The notes beneath the pieces were generated by a model. That model saw only the letters and a list, made by a program, of their open reading frames with translations. It was not told the origin of the DNA and made no database searches. Source: Camelus ferus (taxonomy: Eukaryota). From it: a stretch of 64,000 nucleotides of DNA. Positions 60,820 to 64,000 of the stretch are shown piece after piece; positions within the stretch are counted from its first letter, which is position 1, and every line of letters begins with the position of its first letter. The position numbers were made by a program, and so were the translations under genes. The stretch is taken from assembly GCF_009834535.1 (NCBI RefSeq), contig NC_045700.1, positions 79,670,001-79,734,000 of the forward strand, in the 5' to 3' direction.

Positions 60820-61150
60820 CTCGCCACTTTGGCCTGTCATCTGCTGCTGCGTCCTGAAGAAAATAGGGAGTCTGAAACGCGGGCAGTGTTTGTCCCTGCT
60901 CCTGCCTCGTGTTTTCTATGTCTGCTTCACACCATCACGGATAATGAGAGTCGACTGGCTGCTTGGGTTTCCTCGCTCTCTGCGACTGTCACTTCCATTT
61001 GCTGGGTCTTAGGACTTTTTAGCACAAAGTTGTTGTGTTTGGGCTCTAATTTGCCAGGCAGTGATAAATTCCAAGAAAAACCTATTCTTATTGAATTATT
61101 TTCGGAATGTTATGCAAACATGTCTAAATTATGTGGCAGCCAGTTCCGCT
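60820..61150. promoter_or_regulatory. CpG-retaining non-repeat patch, candidate enhancer
   Basis: 9 CpG in 60822-60984 and 11 up to 61148, in an otherwise CpG-depleted window. Confidence 0.3.
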
Positions 61151-62149
61151 CTAAGATCTGCTTTTGACTTCATGTTAATTCAAGTAGGGGAGAGAAAGAA
61201 AGAAACAAAAACCCAAAATGCTGAGATGCCATCTTTCATTCTGTAGAATTTTTTTTTTTAAGTCTGTTGCCCTGATACAAGAGACTAAGCTCCCTTCCAG
61301 AACTCTGGGTAATGAAGGCCATATTCCAGTCCTGGGTATTACTCATGGAATCCTCAGAGGGGAAGCTTCCAACTTTAGTTCTATAGGAAAAGAAAGGCTG
61401 AAACTTGCTGAAAGCTCAACACTGACCATGGGGTAAATCTATGATCCCCTTTTTGGAAAAGGATCAGAAAAGTGTTAGGACTTCTTTCAGTGAGTTCGGA
61501 CCTTAAATCTAAGCTGTCTTGTCCCAGGGACCTTTAAAAAAGAAACAAGTGATAATGGCTATTGCCCACCCCTGTGTTCTCCATCATCAACTCCAAGAAC
61601 CAAACTCTAATTTCAATAGAGATAATATATTCCTGATTTTGGGGGTGGATCTGTCATTTTTCCATTTTCACATCTTCTAGCCAGAATTCCTCATGGTTTT
61701 TTTTTTAATAGAACATTCTATTCCCCACTAGCTGTCCTAGAGCTACTGATGGCTCTTGTCTTGACCAGAGGGGCACTTATCTGAAACTGAAGCCTGGACA
61801 GGAAAGTGGACAGTCGTGAGGTAGAGTGCCGAGTCCCAAGCATCATCCAAGCTTCAGCTTCAGCAGATGCCTGAGTCAAATCTACAAGGACTCTGTAAAT
61901 ATACCAGTAAAAGTAAGAATCTCAGCTATGGTGTGTCATATTTCAATATATTGATCTGAAAAATGGAAAAGGTAGTATACTGACCTTTTAAATGTATTCC
62001 ATGGATCTGTGAAATTCTAAGACTTGTCCATCATATTCTTGTTCAAAATGCTATTATGTGTACAAGTGGATGACTATATAGAAGAGAATTAGAGAAGAAG
62101 GACTCAGATTTCTGAATTTAAACTTTTATGTCAGAAGATTCCAATCAAA

Positions 62150-62520
62150 ATTCCTCACCTTGTCTCTACCAGCTACCCATCTACATTTTCAGTCTTATAC
62201 CTCAACATCCTTTCCTGTTTCCCATCCCCAGGCCATATGGAACCCTGCACTTTTCTCCACTGATCCTCAGTACTGCCCTTCTATGTCCCTGAAATCAGTG
62301 TCTTCTTTCCGTGGGATGCCCTCTCCACCAAGCCCCATCCCACGACTCTATAACTCCTAATCCCACCTATCTGCAGTCACACTCAAGATCTACCTTCTCC
62401 AAAAATCATCTGTAAACATCATGTCCCCAACGTCACTTCTAAGAAACAATTCCTTGCCTGAATCCCCAAAGTACTTTATCTGGACCTTACTTATGTTACC
62501 AGATCAAGTTCCCTTGATGC
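62150..62520 (+). mobile_element. L2 LINE fragment
   Basis: Pyrimidine-rich sense L2-like text (CTTTCCGTGGGATGCCCTCTCC, CACTCAAGATCTACCTTCTCCA). Confidence 0.55.
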
Positions 62521-62919
62521 ATCACCTCAGATCCGCCTCCCCATGCTCAGGTGCTTCAGGGACCCTTGTTGACCAGTTGCCACTGAAGTGAGCTGCCCGG
62601 TGTGGATTCTGGACAACTGTATATGAGCACAACCTGACAGTGACTTTTTTTCATGTCCGTGTTCTGAACCTCTTGCTTTCCATTTTTGTGTATCCTTGTT
62701 GCTTCTGAGGCATTAAACCCAGTGGGATATACATGAAGCTTGACCAATGGGAGAAAGTGAAAACTTCCCCAGCTACCATGCACTTCCATGAGACCCCATA
62801 GTTCACAGGCCTCTGTGAAAAGAGTACTACGAGACTGAGAAATTAGTGATACTTATTACTAATAATGATATACTTATTAGTGGTGTCAGGCTTGGTAAAC
62901 ATTCTCTTGTAATTGTTCT

Positions 62920-63200
62920 TCTCCTTTCCCTGCCCCTCCTCATTCATCCTTTCCTGGGTCTGCACTCCCTGGTAAAGAAGTAGCACAACAGTTTTTGCAT
63001 CTGGTTCTGTTTTCTAGGGTATGCAAACCTATCACATACTGCATTGTAACCCTTTTTACTTATACGTGTATCTCAGCCCTCCCTTACTTGATGATGTAAT
63101 CATTTGGGTAGATTCTATATTTTCCATCTATGTACTACAATATGCCAGATAAGTGCCTGGCATAGTACTGGTGCTCAAGAAATGTCTGTGTTACAAATGA
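62920..63200 (+). mobile_element. L2 LINE 3' end
   Basis: ATCACATACTGCATTGTAA...GTGCCTGGCATAGTACTGGTGCTCAAGAAATGTCTG. Confidence 0.65.
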
Positions 63201-63681
63201 TAACAGACTTTGGGAAATGTAGTGTCAACAGGGACCTGAAGACCTTGTTTGGACACACCCAATATAGAGGGATAGGAGGGGAGTTTGTTCTTACACTATG
63301 ACTTCTGTTCCCTTGCCAATGACTTGTTAATACATCCAAGAGCTGTTGGATGCACTGGAGCACAATTTGACCAAAGGGTGTTTTCTTTCTTATCCTGAAA
63401 GAATAGAAGGTACAGTAGAACAGTGTGCAGAGTCAGAATATAGAAAATAATTAGGTCAAACTCTTTATCTGGAAGATAAGGTAGCAAGGCATTGGGGAGC
63501 AGACCATAGGAAAAATAACTGGAGTGACTTCCCTTAGTTTTGTGAATGTAAGGCCAGCAGGTGCCATTTCTTTGGGAAAGAGTATAAATAAAATCTGATG
63601 CTTTTCACAGTAGGTACAGAGAAGAAAGGCAAATTCACAAAGGGCTGAAAAACCCCCTGGGAGAGAGACCTTATTACAACA

Positions 63682-64000
63682 TATTATGGACTGAACATTT
63701 GTGTGCCTCCTAAATCCTTATGTTGAAATCCTAACTCCCAATGCGATGGTATTAGGAGGTGGGGATTTGGGGATGGGATTAGATTGTGAAGGGGGTGCCT
63801 TCACAAATGGGATTAGTGTCTTTATAAAAAGAGACACAAGAGAACTTCATTTCTCTTAGCTCTTTGTCTTGTAAGGATACAATGAGGGAACAGTCATCTG
63901 CGAACCAGGAAGAGCACCCTCATCGGACACTGGGTCTGCCTATGCCTTGATCTTGGTTAGACTTCTCAGCCTCCAAAACTGCAAGAAATAAGCCACCCAG
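63682..64000 (+). mobile_element. MaLR solo LTR (MLT1A0-like), runs to the window end
   Basis: TATTATGGACTGAACATTTGTG...TATGTTGAAATCCTAACTCCCAATG...AATGGGATTAGTGTCTTTATAAAAAGAGAC. Confidence 0.9.

Noticed and set aside
3641-61878. Numerous TGA(C/G)TCA AP-1 sites
   Set aside because: A 7-mer at this frequency is expected by chance; only sites in composite contexts were kept.
684-63487. The many 60-175 aa ORFs in the six-frame track as host genes
   Set aside because: No recognisable domains; many start at GTG/TTG or lie inside LTR, MIR, L2 or microsatellite sequence; lengths fit chance. Only the L1-derived ones show homology.

Overview
Mammalian non-coding DNA, most likely camelid (alpaca/camel). 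The clue is a young LINE-1 3' UTR plus poly(A) at 59249-59540 that resembles the camelid L1 tail as I recall it, and I saw no ruminant, pig, carnivore, horse or primate SINE. I can support no host protein-coding gene, RNA gene or CRISPR array. The only listed ORFs with recognisable homology are LINE-1 ORF1/ORF2 remnants (24715-24948, 40818-41126, 53370-53669). The window is a mosaic of ancient eutherian repeats: MIR, L2, L1M, about ten MaLR and three ERVL solo LTRs, and hAT MITEs (MER5/20/58/63/81, ORSL-like). It also holds microsatellites and two assembly gaps. Repeat subfamily names come from recalled consensus sequences, not a search, and most boundaries are approximate. The best-supported oddities are L1-machinery footprints: a TSD-flanked 151-bp orphan mRNA 3' end, a TSD-flanked internal L1 ORF2 fragment with no 3' end, an apparent micro-inversion inside an old L1, and small orphan inserts. 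More speculative are promoter-like motif clusters, a possible LTR-initiated spliced minus-strand transcript, and CpG-retaining patches that may be enhancers. I did not find a new biological system that I can defend from sequence alone.
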